NCBI RefSeq assembly: GCF_006345805.1
Contig: NC_043008.1
Span: 77,500,001-77,564,000 of the forward strand
Source of the DNA: Octopus sinensis
Taxonomy: Eukaryota
Direction: 5' to 3'
Length of the DNA stretch: 64,000 nt
Positions 50,948 to 64,000 of the stretch are shown here, in pieces. The stretch's first letter is position 1. Each line of letters opens with the position of its first letter. The notes under the pieces were generated by a model, which made no database searches, had not been told where the DNA came from, and worked only from the letters and a program-made list of their open reading frames with translations. The position numbers were made by a program, and so were the translations under genes.

Positions 50948-51759
50948 GTCATCACTTGATATTATTTATTCTTATTAGTTACTGCTCATGTCATGAACAA
51001 CTAACATTACTGTGCTTACCACTTTGAAGTAATGTTATCGGTTATTTTACATGTTAGGTATAAATATCCAGTCAGCGAGGCCTGGCGGAAATGATAACAT
51101 AGAATAGTTTTTAACAGTGATGAACAGCCTCACTTCATTGATGCTGTAGTTACCACCACTACTGAGTGATCTTTCATTTTATTGCATATTTCTACAATTG
51201 TTTCATCGACGCTTTATCAGAAATTTAATTCTGGAATGTGATTATATATGAAACAATACACCGAATTAGTATTATTCCATCAATACAAGAAAATAACGGC
51301 TCTTCAAGTTTATGCATAAACCGAAATGCTGAATGATGCCCGATTTCACAAACATTTATACCCCTCCTTGAAAATATTTGCATCATTTCATTATCATGTC
51401 AATAATTAAAACAAATAAAATACAAATCCAAAATAATCAGTCAAGAAATAGGTGGAATTAAAGGGAAAAGCATAAATAAAAAGTAAGAGTAAATTACCAT
51501 AAAGTATATAGGATAACAGATTTTTGTGACTCCAGAATCACACATATATTAACAGAGTGTCTTCCCTTAAAGTCATAAGGGTGGCTGACCGCACAACTAA
51601 GCAGGTTGCTGTCTGTTACTCAATTGATTTATTAGCGAGTCACCATTCTCACAAACATACATATACATTTTCTAATCAAATAAAATTTAGTATGCGTATG
51701 TGTGTGTGAGTTCGTGTGTGGGTGTGTATATATATAAACTTGATCAAGTGTATTCTACA

Positions 51760-51828
51760 ATAGCCGCGGGTAGACGAACCCTTGTGCGAGAATCTGGTAG
51801 AGGGAAACTGAAAATCGTCCTATATATA

Positions 51829-51890
<62 letters not shown>

Positions 51891-51980
51891 ATGCATTTGC
51901 ACCCTACCACCGACGACTGTTTCTGTTTTTGTATACGCACTCGTAAGCTAGCGGTTTGGCAGAAGAAACTTATAGAATAA
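51760..51980 (+). mobile_element. Degenerate SINE family A fragment
   Basis: ctacaatagcc-cggg..ggtagagggaaactgaaa..(TA)n(TG)n..tagcggtttggc. Confidence 0.55.
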
Positions 51981-52846
51981 GGCAAATAGTTTGGCAAGAC
52001 TTGACAAGGACATCAAATTTAGCTAAATAAAATGCACGTATCAAGTCTTGCCAAACTGTTTGCCTTCATTTTTCTGCTCTAATATCTCTCTCTTACTCTC
52101 TTTCTTTATTTCTCTCTCTTTCACACACACATACCACACACAGCGGCGCCCGTACCCCTTTGGTCTTATACGTAAGTACATATTTCTTTAAACTTGGTAC
52201 GACTCTATAACACTGTCTCTCCCCCCTCTCCTACATTTCTCTGCCTTTCACACTTTGCACTCCACTTTGATCTGTTTCTTTCTCGCTCTCTCTCTCTTCT
52301 CCTCCTCTTTTGTTCATTGTTCGCCCTTTTCTTCTCTCTTCTCCTCCTCCTTAATTCATCTGTCCCTCTTTTCCTCTTTCTTCTCCTCACACGTGACTGA
52401 CAGACCGATTGCTGGCCTTTCATTTCTTTCTCTCTGCCCTAAGGCATTTTTCTAACACGCCAGCTCAAAGTTTACTCGTCCTGTCGAAAGACGCCTGTCT
52501 GTGACGTCCTGTTTTTGTTATTATTATTATCATTATTGTTTTTACGTATTTTTGTATTCTTATTCGTGTAACCTCGTCTGTTTTTCCGTCCTTGTTTTGT
52601 ATACATTCGAGGCTTTCTTCTAAGGAATCTAATGCTCTTGGCTTAGATTTTCCTTTGGGGATGGCCAGATCGGAGCAATCTCAAGATTAATCAGCCGAAA
52701 TTGCGAGGATGATCCAGTTCTTGACTGAAGGTTGAAGGCTTCGAATGTCCCGTCCGTGTTTTTTGTATCGTCTTCTAAATGTTTTGCATTCTTGTCCCAG
52801 TTTGTATTTTTTACACACACACACACACGCACACACACCACACACA

Positions 52847-52877
<31 letters not shown>

Positions 52878-52904
52878 TACACACACACTCACACTCACAC
52901 ACAC

Positions 52905-52939
<35 letters not shown>

Positions 52940-54557
52940 CTAGCAATATAGTCCGGCGTTTCTCTGGTTTGTTTTTTTTTAGTTGCGCTTAAAACGGCAG
53001 ACTTTTGATGTCGCGTTAACAAAGTTTTGACATAGTTTCAATCTATGAATAAAAGTAGAGTGTGGCGATGTTCGAGTGTGACCATCGTGATTTTACCGCT
53101 CTCGAAATACCTTGCCTATTGGCCCTGTACTGAGAAACACCCCCTAGTTCATTGGATCTCTTATCTGCTGTCTCCGCAGCTCTGGCAGATGCAGTAGAAG
53201 CAGCGTCTCTGCTCAGTCGCAGCTCACGTTGAGCATCGTTCTCTGCAGCTCTGGCAAATGCCGTAGAGGCAGCGTTTCTACTCAGACGTAGTTCACGTTG
53301 AGCATCGTTCTCTGAAGCTCTTGCAGCTCGTGCAGCTGCAGCCTTTTGGTCTGAACGAAGTCTACGCCGATTATTTTTGTCTGCATTAATCGTTGAATTT
53401 CCTTCGTTCTGATGTCGAACATTTTCGTTATTCAGCGCAGCCTGAGGGAATGTAGTTGCTGATGCATTACTGCTGCCTTGAATCAAAGTCATTCTCAGCT
53501 GAATGAGAAGATGCAATGGGAACAGAATCTCCCTCCCGTCGATTCAAGCAACGCTCATCTATGGACATAACAGCCGCATCAATCGAACTCCCTGCAATTT
53601 GAGACTACTACTCAACGATGGTGAATGAAGTCTCCTTCATTTCATCATCTTTTTTTTAGGCATTGTCGTGTGAAGCACATTCAAGCAAAGTGATGTGGCA
53701 AAAAGTATATCTTAAATGCGAAGAAATTTCAAAAAGTAACACGTAAAAGGAGGTAGTTTTAATTCCTACTACGTTAATTTTATATGTTTCCGTTAGTTAG
53801 CACCAAAAATTTCATTTAATTGTTATTGAACAATTATTAAGAAAGAATGTCTCAGTTCGAAATCCATAAAAGAAGGTAAACAGTTCTTGTATAGTACCAA
53901 AGATAAATCTTTAGACAGCCATAGTTAAGTTGGTATTTAAAAATGTTTTTAGGAAAAAAACTTACAAAGTATAACGCTCACAGCAACTATAATGTGTTGC
54001 AGCATACAAAGGCAGTGCAGTCCAAATGACTAAGCAAAATGTTCTGTTTTACGCTAATGCAATTAGTTTTTCTCACAAAAAAATCAATTGAAATTGCTGA
54101 ATTGTACTCAACGCTGTAGCAGTTGACGACCTTGAAAATTAGTGCATTCACGCAGCGAACATTATTCCTCTGCATTGGATCAGCTGATCCATCGTTCGCT
54201 CAAAACCAATGACATCACAAAAAAATTATTTTCGACCCTTTAGAATTGGAATTTTTGAAAAATTTTGCATTATGTAGCTTGTTATTCTCTTTAAGTGAAC
54301 ATTTTTCTGGTTGAAATACACCGAAAAATGGCGACACAGCAGTAAAAAAATCGTTAAAAATAACACCTTTTTGAAGTAAATAATTTTAGATTTTAACATG
54401 ATCCGATTTGAATTTTTCCTTCTACGAAATGAAGAGCAAGCCTTTTTCTATCATACTCTCAATTTTGGTCAACTTGCGCCGCAGGGTCTCGGATGAGATA
54501 GTGTTAGTTGAAGGCTACCAAACGTGCCACACACATGGACAGAAACAACTTCAGCTT

Positions 54558-54560
<3 letters not shown>
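52940..54560 (-). mobile_element. Internally deleted Helitron retaining N-terminal Rep-protein repeats
   Basis: Minus-strand 5' end atataaagctgaagttg.. and 3' end aacgccggactatattgCTAG-t. ORF 53043-53516 has Ala/Arg/Glu repeats (ENDAQRELRLSR-AASTA-ARAA) like Helitron N-termini. No Rep or helicase motifs seen. Confidence 0.7.
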
Positions 54561-54588
<28 letters not shown>

Positions 54589-54752
54589 ACACACACTTAT
54601 AAACTGAGGATATAATCATTAAACTGGTTATGTCATTGGCTAGCGTATAAAAAAACGACCGTATCGGTAAAATTAATTTTCAAGTATATAATTATAAAAA
54701 TACAATGATAAGGGCGCTGGAATGCCAGCGCCTAGACGCGAGAAGTAGATGT

Positions 54753-54922
54753 CAAATACCTACAATCCACTACAAATTTGTTTTGTATTTATAACCCAAA
54801 GTCGAATGCAAGGTATTGAGCAAGACGATTTACAAAATTTTGTGAATCTTCTTGCTCATTACCTCGCATTCGGTCTTGGGTTATAAATAGAAGACAAATT
54901 TAGAATGGATTGTAGTATTTGA
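54753..54922. repeat. Imperfect palindrome (about 85-bp arms, no spacer)
   Basis: Centre ttacaaaa|ttttgtga at about 54838; paired blocks tatttataacccaa/ttgggttataaata and tacaatcca/tggattgta. Confidence 0.8.
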
Positions 54923-55717
54923 ATTCGAATCATAGAAGGGATGAAAAAAAGTGCCTTAAGTCACTTAGGTACTCTGACGATTATGGCACCCTAGTTTGTT
55001 TGTTTTTTTAGTCATTGATCTTGTATGTAATGGAACTTCAGACACAGCTAACCTCAGAAATTGGCCAAAGTGTAACTGATAAATATAGAAAAGATATTTG
55101 GAAGAGTTGACATTTGTGATAACATTATCTTTCTTCGCTGCTTGAACTATCAGGGAAGAAAGTAACCTAAACACAGAAGCTGGCTTCTAAAAGGCTCACT
55201 AAATGGGGTCGTGAATCAGCACCGTTTAAAAACAGTATCCTAGACTTCTTCATTCACCAACAAATAACATCTGTCACACGAACGTAAATAATACATTGAC
55301 ATTTATAATTATCTACAGAACAAAATTAGAACACAATATCAACAAACATTATACAAAACATTGGACGCCAGGACATACACTGGGATGAGGCGAAATACAT
55401 AGAACATTCAACTGACCAATACCAAGTAAAGAAACTGACACGACATAATTTGTTTCAACACGCGAATTCACATAAAGAATCTAGCAAACCAGAAACAGAA
55501 ACGATGTAAAAAAAGAAAGGTACCGGGATTCTCCACCCAAGACCGTATCCCAGCACGATCGCAGACTAATGGCCCAAACGAATAAAAGTTAAAAGATAAC
55601 TAATGGTATTTAGTTGTAATTAGGCGATGTTGATGAGTTTTAAATGCCTTTAAGATGAAAGCATTTAAAAATATAAAAAAGTATAAAGTCGGGTCGCACT
55701 ATCTTTCACTATTATTA

Positions 55718-55763
<46 letters not shown>

Positions 55764-56241
55764 GAGTGAGAGAGCAGTGCATGCCATCAAAGTGACACTG
55801 GGGTACAAATATACGAAGCCCAGTATACCCGTCTGATAAGGGTACAGCAGGCACATGTATCACAACCATATGTGCGCGACATGGTGATCTCATAACAAGA
55901 TAAACAGCGCATGACCTTGCTGGTGGGGCCCAGTTAGAATTTTCTTCTGGTTGGGTAACCCATCCTACTCAAAAGGTCCCTGATTAAGGGTTGTTTAAGA
56001 ATGTTGAATGAAACACCCATGTTTCCAGAGGTGAATCATTCAAACCCCAAAGAATCCTTCTCAACACATGGCTATGATGCTCCCCTACTACTTCTACTCG
56101 TGATCAGAGATGCACATATCGTCAGCCACTAAGGGGCATGCTCAACTGGTTACGGTCAAACAACTGACAAGCAAATCTGTGGTATTGAGCAGAATATTTG
56201 CTGTAGCCCATCTTTTATACCAAGACAAAAGAATGTACATG

Positions 56242-56242
<1 letters not shown>
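55764..56242 (-). mobile_element. Non-coding ~0.55-kb TAA-associated element, copy 4 (5'-truncated)
   Basis: Same 3' end as copies 2 and 3, lacking about 60 nt at the 5' end; (TTA)n on both sides. Confidence 0.88.
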
Positions 56243-56303
<61 letters not shown>

Positions 56304-56629
56304 AGATGAAGAGCGCGATTCGATTGTAATAGATATTTTATTGGTTGAACGATATTCCGAGAGTAAGTCTCTCTTTGTCAAGTTCAAAATAAGAAGTGAT
56401 AAAAATTCAAAATTATCGAAATTTAAATGTAAAGTATGAATGAGAGCAACCAGCGTGCACACGTTGATGGAATGACATCACCAGTCTTTAAGTTCCAATT
56501 TTATAACAGGTGAAAAGAAAGAGACAGAAAAAGACACAAAAAAGAGGAAAGAAAAAAGAGAAAAAGAATATTTAATCAAACAGGTTTCGTCGCTCTGCGC
56601 ACATCTCGAGCAGGTCCGACTGACAGCAC

Positions 56630-59600
56630 TTCCGTGACTGTAGAGTTTATCTCGAACAGGTAAAGACCCCCTGTAGTTCCTATTTAGGTCAGGGATTTCT
56701 GGAAGCTATCCATAGGCCCCGGCACGAAAGTCCTCCGGAACAAACTGGCGAGTTGAAATTCGTCGATATCTAGAGTCCCACCAAAAACGTCGTCTTTTCC
56801 TTTCACCACTGACCTTCTATACAACGTTATAGTAGAACTTTCACTAACCGCATTGCCCGACTGGCTGAGGAGAGTATGCGTCTGGCGACACTCAAGGTGC
56901 ATGGATCTGCCTCTCCAGGTGCCGAGCTGCAGGCCCACCGACTTTTCCGGATTAATCTTTGCTTCTGTTACTTCCTCGTATTCTTTCACAGTAATACTGA
57001 CTAGGTCTATATGCTTGTCGTCCGTGAGAACCAGCCGCTGTGAGAACAGCCGCCAGATATTGATGGTCAACAATATCAAAGGCTTTTGACAGATTTAAAT
57101 TGAAGAGAGCCCCACCCATGCCAGGTTTCTTAACTATTCTATCAATGAAGCGCATGTAGTGGAGGTTGTCGTGGATGGACCTGTTCGCGTGTTTGTGCGT
57201 CTCCAACCAATTTCTTGACGACTAGCGCCAACCCCTTCTCAAACACTTTGGTCAAAATTTTTGTTTGCATTAAGCAGAATGGTTGGCCTAAAATTATCTA
57301 ATACCTCCCCCTTGTTTGGATCCTTTCTGAGCACTACTCATCGGCTCACAGATTTGGGAATTCTCTCATTCTGTTGCCAGTTGCAGTAGATATCTGTCAA
57401 GAGCCCTGCAAACAAGTCTGGCATACTAGAATAAAACTCGTAGGACAGAACATCTAATCCCGGCGATTTGCCCCCCGTAAAGCCTATTACCTCGTTCTGT
57501 ATTTCCTCAATTGTTATCGGCCTTTCACAACACTCCGCATCTCTTGCTGAGAGTCGTGGCAGGCCATCGAGGTAGGCAATGAAATCCATCCTGGGAACAA
57601 TTCGGCAAAATTCTGCTGAAAAACCGCACACATCTGCTCCGGCTCGTTCACCGTGCCCCCATTTTGGCCCACCAAAGACGGAATGGTGTTTTTGTTGCCA
57701 TTTTACACCTTGGCTACCCGGGCCCATCGGGCAGCTTTGGTTCCTTCCTTTCTTAGAGAACGTGCCTTAGGTCTGACAATGCAGCCTTCGTGCTTGGCGT
57801 TGAAGTGTCCATCGAGGGCCAACCTTGCTGCCAGCACGTCAGTTGCAATGCCTTTCCTAAGCGCCACTTCTAACTTTCTACAGCTAAAACTTTGCTAAAT
57901 CTGATTCTGCTTTGATGGCCCTTTTTAGGCTATACTACCATTTATTGTTGACGATCACCTCCGTTAAACTCTTTAATCCGGTCTCTGTAAGCTTGGCACG
58001 CCGGAAGTGACGTGTTCAGCTTCCAGTAGCCGGGGCCCTGTCTACGTGTGCTATCTAAGTCGACCTTACTGGTTACCAATTTGTTATTTGCGTAGCCGAC
58101 GATTTGAAATTGTGGACAACTAATACTATTCCTATCTAAAGACCTGTAAAATGTTCTATCTTGATACGACCTGGATGTTCCGATGCAGTTTGTTCATGTC
58201 CACATTGGCACATTCGGGAAATCAGTACATGTCAGACAGTTGAAAGTGTCTGAGAAGGTTTGTGAGGTTAGCCCCACAGAATCCAATTGTGCATCTAAGA
58301 TGGCGTTTAAATCACCCACTAACACTAAAGGTAGGGACATACCCAGGAATACCTCCAGACACCTGAAGTATTCCAGTTGTCTTGCACCTGTCGATGCGTA
58401 AGCAGCCACCAACCTGAAGGCCCCCACCGTTACTACCATTCACGGCCAGGACCACCAAGAAGGCTGACCTTATTTTGAGATCCAGACCTTTTCGAAACAA
58501 TACCGCAGTACCCCCACCACCCATTTCCCGCCGACACGGAGATGCATAGATCTCGTAGTAATCGAAAATGGGCATGAAAGTTCGCGGTTTGGTCTGGATT
58601 CATTAATGGCTCGTTGCGTAGGTGACCTTGTTTCCAAGGGGACTCCAGGCTACATACATTTATGCAATCTATTTTGAGTATGACCATTTGAGTCGCTGGT
58701 AAGGAGAAAAAAGGAGAGGACTACTTACCGTTAGCACTCTGGAGTGGGAGCGGGGCACATGTCACGCTCCTTAAGTGGGGTGTGGTGGTCTCCATGATCA
58801 AGGATTTATAGGGGCCTCCAACCGCATGTAGAAATTTGGATTTCATGTTGCTGTATGTTTGTTGCGATGTTCGAAGTATTTGTATCTGTGGCGGTGGTGT
58901 GTTATCGGAAACAAAGCCAGTCATTTTGATGTCTGTATTTTTTCTTTATGTATAATAGTAAGTTTGTGTTGTTTGTGTTTATGGCAGTGAGCTTTGTGGT
59001 GATTTTGTTGCTTTCATTTACTTTTTGTGTTGACCCTGTTGTGCCTTGTACTGTTGGCTGTGTTTGTGATGTTGGTAGTATTGGCGTTGGTGAAGTGTTG
59101 GAAGCGTGGGCATTGGTGTGTTATTGTTGTTGTTTTCGGGTGATTTTGATTGCTTTTGGGGGGTACAGTTTGTTCAATTGTTGATATACTGCTGTGCCTT
59201 TTTTCTAAGTCTTTTATGTTTGACTTCTGTCCACTAAATTCTGTCGGCTCTTCGCACGACATGTCTGAGTGGTCAGAATCAGGAAAGGCAGTTCCAGTGG
59301 CTCGAAATCTGCTAATATTTTTTGTTCCTTTTGGCAAGAGTTGCGTTGTTGGTGATTTTGTAGGCGCTGTGTGTGTGTGTGTGTGTGTGTGGGGGGGGCT
59401 TGCGGTCAGCGTTTCTGTTGTTGTTGGCGTTGTTATCTCTCGTGTAGTTGTTAGTGATGGTGTTGGCGTTTTTGGTGGAGCCCTCTCTGCTTTCTTTTCT
59501 TGAGGTTTCTTCTCTTGTTGGGGTTACTTTTGTAGTTGGAGTCGCTTCAGTTGTTGTAGTGTGGGTGGTGCTTGTAGCAAGGGAGTAGTGCCCTCCTGTT

Positions 59601-60370
59601 TTAGTTGTGGGCAGAAGGCTTTCAGGTGGTTATTCTGTCTGCATTGACAATATATTGGCCTTCTGCCCTCAATAGTGGCGTTCAGCATAGTGCCATCTAG
59701 AAGGCTGCGTTGGTCAGGAATTTATTCCAAAACATCATGATCTATTTGGACCATTATTTGCAATTCCTGACCATTCCAGCGGTTTTTTCCTTGTTTCTCG
59801 ACTTGGATGATTCTGATGTTATCTTCCAAGTCGAGGAGGACGGCTGTAATAATCCAGCAAGCGTTCATTTCTGGTAGTATCTTCAGTATTTTTATCTTGG
59901 CAACGCGCCATCCCAAGTATGTTGGAACTAGGACAAGTTCAGTTTCTCAGCTGGGCTGTTAAGTGCTGTTTTGTTACGTCTTCTGTAGCAAATCTGACTT
60001 CAGCTGTGCAATATTTCTTACCCCTCGATAGATATGTTACGTCTTTCTAAATGAGGTGCAAGCATTTTTCGACTGCTTGCTTTGTGGCAGTTTCTAAACG
60101 TCTATTTATGGTTTTGTACACTATAGTACGTTTGTTTGTATTGTCTACAATATCTGGAGGTGTGTTTATCGAAACACAACTTTCGCGTTTGCTTTGTAAA
60201 ATGTTTCTGTAGTCTTTGAGTGATTTTACAGAAACATTGATGAATTCATTTCTAGGTTTAGCCATTGAAGCAAAACCTCGGCTATTTTGCTTCAATGTGA
60301 ATACAAAATTTTGAAATCTTAATATCCCCAGTTTGTAGGGGACTTTCAAAAGATCTTCGATATCAGACTT
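56630..60370 (-). mobile_element. Tx1/L1-clade LINE with ORF1 and ORF2 remnants; 3' end missing
   Basis: ORF1 remnant at about 59000-60349 with a zinc-knuckle-like IEGRRPIYCQCRQNNHLKAFCP. ORF2 has APE motifs (INVCSL, FRLVAAYAS, LVGDLNAILD) and RT motifs (SPGLDVLSYEFY, LNLSKAFDIVDH, AKINPEKS). Many frameshifts. Confidence 0.85.
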
Positions 60371-61770
60371 TAGAAGGAACTGCTGGTGGGGGGACCCACA
60401 TCCAACGAGAGTGACGGAGTAGGCACTTCCACTCCCCTACAAAGCCTTGATAAATAGCTCTCTCCTGCTTTCACATTTTGCTATCATCCAACATGGTATT
60501 TCTTAGAGTAGGCAGTATAAATGTACGCGGCCTGGGGTCGTCATGGAAGCAAGGTCGCTTGTTCAATGACCTCAGGTGGCGAAAATTAGTTGCCAGTGAG
60601 ACCAGGCATTCAGACACGTGCCCTTTAGCGTCCATTTTCGATAACTATGAGATCTTTGCATCTCTTAGTCGACCGGAAATGAGGGGGTGTTGTTCAGAAA
60701 AGGCCAGGATCTTGAGATACGGCCGGTCTTCCTGGACCCGGAAGGTAGGATGGTGGTCCTGGACGTGAATGATAACGAAGGCAGTGCCTTTAGACTGGTC
60801 GCTGTGTACGCACCGACTGGTGCGGGACAGCCGGATTTCTTTAGACCTCTGGAAGTCTTTCTTGGGACGTTTCGATCCTTAGTGTTGGTGGGCGACTGGA
60901 ACGCCATCTTGGATGCACGTGTAGATTGGGTGGGGCTAGCCGACAAGAAAGGTGGGGTGCGCAAGCCTTGAACACCTGCTCAGTTTAACTGACAGGTTCT
61001 GACTGGATTTCCCAAATGCTCCAATGTGTACATGGGCAAATAGCGTTAGGTCATCCAGTTCTTATCTAGATAGGGTATTATTATATAGGCCAGAAGATAA
61101 GGATAGTATAGGTTGTCCACAATTTGAAATTGCCAGCTATGCAGACCACAAATTTGTGTTCTGTATAGTCGACCTAGGTAAGCTTTATAGGCAGAGACCC
61201 GGATACTGGAAGCTAAACGCGTCTTCCCTGGTGTGCCAGGCTTTACCGGATTGGTAAGCTAGTCCTTCGAAAATTGACGAGTGAAGTCGTCAACAACCGA
61301 TGGAGGGCAGCCCTAAAATGGGCGGTTAGAGTAGAAACGGTAGGATTTAGCAGGGATTTAGGGATAGAGAATTCTAGTGTAGAGGGAGAACTAGTTAGGA
61401 ATTAGAAGAGGCACTCAGTAGCGGCATAGCGGTGGACGTGCCGGCAGCGAGATTGATTCTTAACCAATTCTTCAACACCAAGACACGTGGAAATGAAAGC
61501 CGTTCTATAGGCCCAAGTGACCGAGACACAACGTGGTAATAAAACCACAGCTCGGTCTTTTTGGAGTCGGGACGGGCGCATGCTAAACGAATCTAAACAG
61601 ATTTGTACGGAATTTCAGTGGCACTTTGCTGAACTGTACGAGGCACGTAGTAGTTCGGAGGCGGAGGTAAACTTCATCTCCCACCACGACAGACTGCTTC
61701 GGCTTTTGTCTAGGGATGTGCAGTCCTGCAAAATGCCGATAATCATTGCGTCAAGGAACACAGGTAACCT
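60371..61770 (+). mobile_element. Tx1/L1-clade LINE fragment (ORF2 endonuclease and linker), opposite orientation
   Basis: VGSINVRGL, ASETR, FRLVAVYAPTG, LVGDWNAILD, SYLDRVL, YADHKFV and GPGYWKLN-like motifs, homologous to the minus-strand copy. Confidence 0.85.
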
Positions 61771-61817
61771 CCTCCCAAAATTTTCGAGAATTGTGCTTCT
61801 ATTAGAAAGAACTATTT

Positions 61818-62036
61818 AAAGCAGACGAGCTGGAGCATCTTTTACACGCCTGAGAAAATACTTAGCAACGTTTCTTCCGGCGTTACCTTCTGAGTTCAAA
61901 TTGCACCGAGATCCACTTTTCACTACATCCCATCAGAGTCGACAAAATAAGTTTCATTTGAGCTCTGAGGTCGGTGTAATCGATAAACTCACTCCACTAA
62001 AATTTCATCCTTCTTGCCAATGGTAGAAAAGGATTA
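61818..62036 (+). mobile_element. SINE family B, degenerate
   Basis: gacgagctgg..cttagc..ttctgagttcaaatt..ctttt-cact..tagaaaaggattatt. Confidence 0.6.
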
Positions 62037-62048
62037 TTTATTATTTTA

Positions 62049-63054
62049 CAAAGGTAAGTTCAAAGATTATAGGCACTTTTGCTTCTGTAATCTTTTAAAA
62101 TCAAAAGCATAATTTTTTGACACAGTTTCCTTGCTTTTTTATGCACTTATTCCAGTTGTTCACAAGCTTGCTTAAGCCATTGGATAAAAAGATTTTCGGC
62201 TGGTCACGCAGCCAGTTATGTACTGTAGCCTATACTTTTCCAAGGTAATGTAACCTTTTTCCCAGGTAATGTTCCAATACATGGCCTTTCGCGACCCCGA
62301 CCCTTTCTTCTCCCTCACCCTAAATGCGGATAGCATCACTTTTCACTGCGGTAGGCTGAGTCTTGACTTTTTTTTCGCTGGCGATTCCGGGTGTTTCCAC
62401 TCCGTACACTACCTTTTGGATTCTCGATCAAATTGAAGGGTACAGTTCTCATCTGTAACTATTCATTCTAAAGACTCTTTGCCTTCATCGTTGTAGAGGT
62501 CAAGTAAGCGTTCACAAATCTCTACACGACTGCACTTATGTACTTCGGCAAGCTCTCCTGGCAGCCATGTCCCAGACCTTTTGGAAGCGAAGTGTGTGGA
62601 GGATTTCGTATCTAGAACCATGACTAATTTTCAGAGAACATGCCATCTCATCGATGGTCACTCGTCGGTTCGACAGAAGCATCGCTTGAGCTTGCTGAAT
62701 CTTCATGTCAGTGGTTGAGGTTGATGGTCGTCCTGCTCCCTCATCCTGCTTCACGCTTGGCAGGCCAGTTTTAAACTTTTCCATCCATATAGCACAGTCC
62801 CTGCTTTCAGCCTACGATGAATTTAAGTCCCAGACAACGGCAATCGGATCACACTGTCAGTGGAGCGGCTATGTTTACTTTGTAACACAAGACCGAAAAC
62901 TGGAGCGATCAAGGTAAAACTTCGGTTACGTAATCACAAGGGAACCACAAGAGAGCGATCGTAACGAAAAGAGAACCATCATCTTTCATGTGAAGACAAC
63001 ACTGCAGCCAAACTAAAGAAAACGGAAATGCGTATGATTTTTGTCTTACCCTCG
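62049..63054 (-). mobile_element. Decayed mariner transposon
   Basis: Imperfect TIRs caaaggtaagttcaaagattata and (reverse complement) cgagggtaagacaaaaatcata, each flanked by TA. Peptides GAGRPSTST..NRRVTIDEMACSLKISHGS and C-terminal VHNWLRDQPK..LVNNWNKCI. Confidence 0.85.
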
Positions 63055-64000
63055 TACAACTTTTTATATACATATATATAAAAACACATACGCATTTACA
63101 CACACACAGACGCACACGCACATACATATATACATGCCACATGCATAGACACACAAGCACACACACATACATACATACACATACCAATCATGCACACGCT
63201 GATATAGCTGCTCATATGGCTTTCTTTTCTGCATAACTATTACCATTGTGTCTATACATGAACTTCCGTGTTAAAACGTTTGGTGATCCATCCTATAAGC
63301 AACTTATAGAGTGGTTAAGGATAAAGTGCAAAACCTGAAGCTAAAAATATAAAATTGGAGTTAAATAATTTCATTTTGTGCAGGTCTAATGAAATGAATG
63401 AAATGTGGCGTCAGTGAAGTGTTTAGTTATGTTTCTTTCTATATATGTCAGATTGCATGAAGATTCCAAAATCTAGAGCTGCTTCACTTTTCTATAGAGA
63501 TTTTATTTCAGATTAAAATATTTCAAACTTTCCGTTTATAAACAGTGGCTAATTACTGTCTATGCTCAGACCTTTGATAAATCTAATTAAAAAATCTCAA
63601 AGAGAATATATTAGACTTGTAAAAGAACGAAATCATGTTGCACTAGTTATTCAGGGACGTGTGCGTATGTGTGTGTGTGCGTGCGCCTGTGTATGTATGT
63701 ATATGTGTGTATATATATATATATGTGTGTGTGTATATTTGTATACATGTATGTATGTTTGTATGTATGTATGTATGTATGTATGTATGTATGTATGTAT
63801 GTATGTATGTATGAGATAATGATTGTGAGCATATATGAATATAATCATTTAAGTTCGTGTGAGTGTGTGTGTATGTTCAATTTGTATGTTTATTTAATTA
63901 TAAATCTATGTGTGTACCTATAGACACATATAAGGGAAATAACTCAGGAGCAGGTTTTTACCCGCCAAGAAATATCGTAGGGTCACCTAAACATATAAAA

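Noticed and set aside
52652-52708. Hammerhead-like cct-ttgggga-t-ggc..gcc-gaaat..agg
   Set aside because: Two core mismatches, a 3-bp stem II and no UH cleavage site.

Overview
Eukaryotic, AT-rich, microsatellite-saturated DNA. It is almost certainly from an octopus (coleoid cephalopod), judged from the recurrent tRNA/CORE-type SINEs; this is recognition, not a database result. I find no supportable host protein-coding exon. Most short ORFs in the track are translations of (TA)n/(CA)n/(TATG)n/(TAA)n repeats. All recognisable coding sequence belongs to decayed transposons: five R4/Dong-type RLE LINEs tied to (TAA)n tracts, two Tx1/L1-like LINEs head-to-head, CR1/jockey-like fragments, a nearly intact Tc1 (DD34E), a mariner, a pogo-like element, a hAT MITE and two Helitrons. 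Two signals stand out. (1) A dispersed set of fold-back (inverted-repeat) elements, several carrying minimal type I hammerhead ribozyme motifs of the Penelope-like pLTR kind; one at 6605-6647 is canonical in its core. (2) A non-coding element of about 0.55 kb, present four times, always beside (TAA)n-type sequence in the same polarity as Dong LINEs and twice fused to Dong sequence: a candidate Dong-mobilised, microsatellite-targeted non-autonomous retroelement. Coordinates were read by eye and boundaries of degraded elements are approximate.
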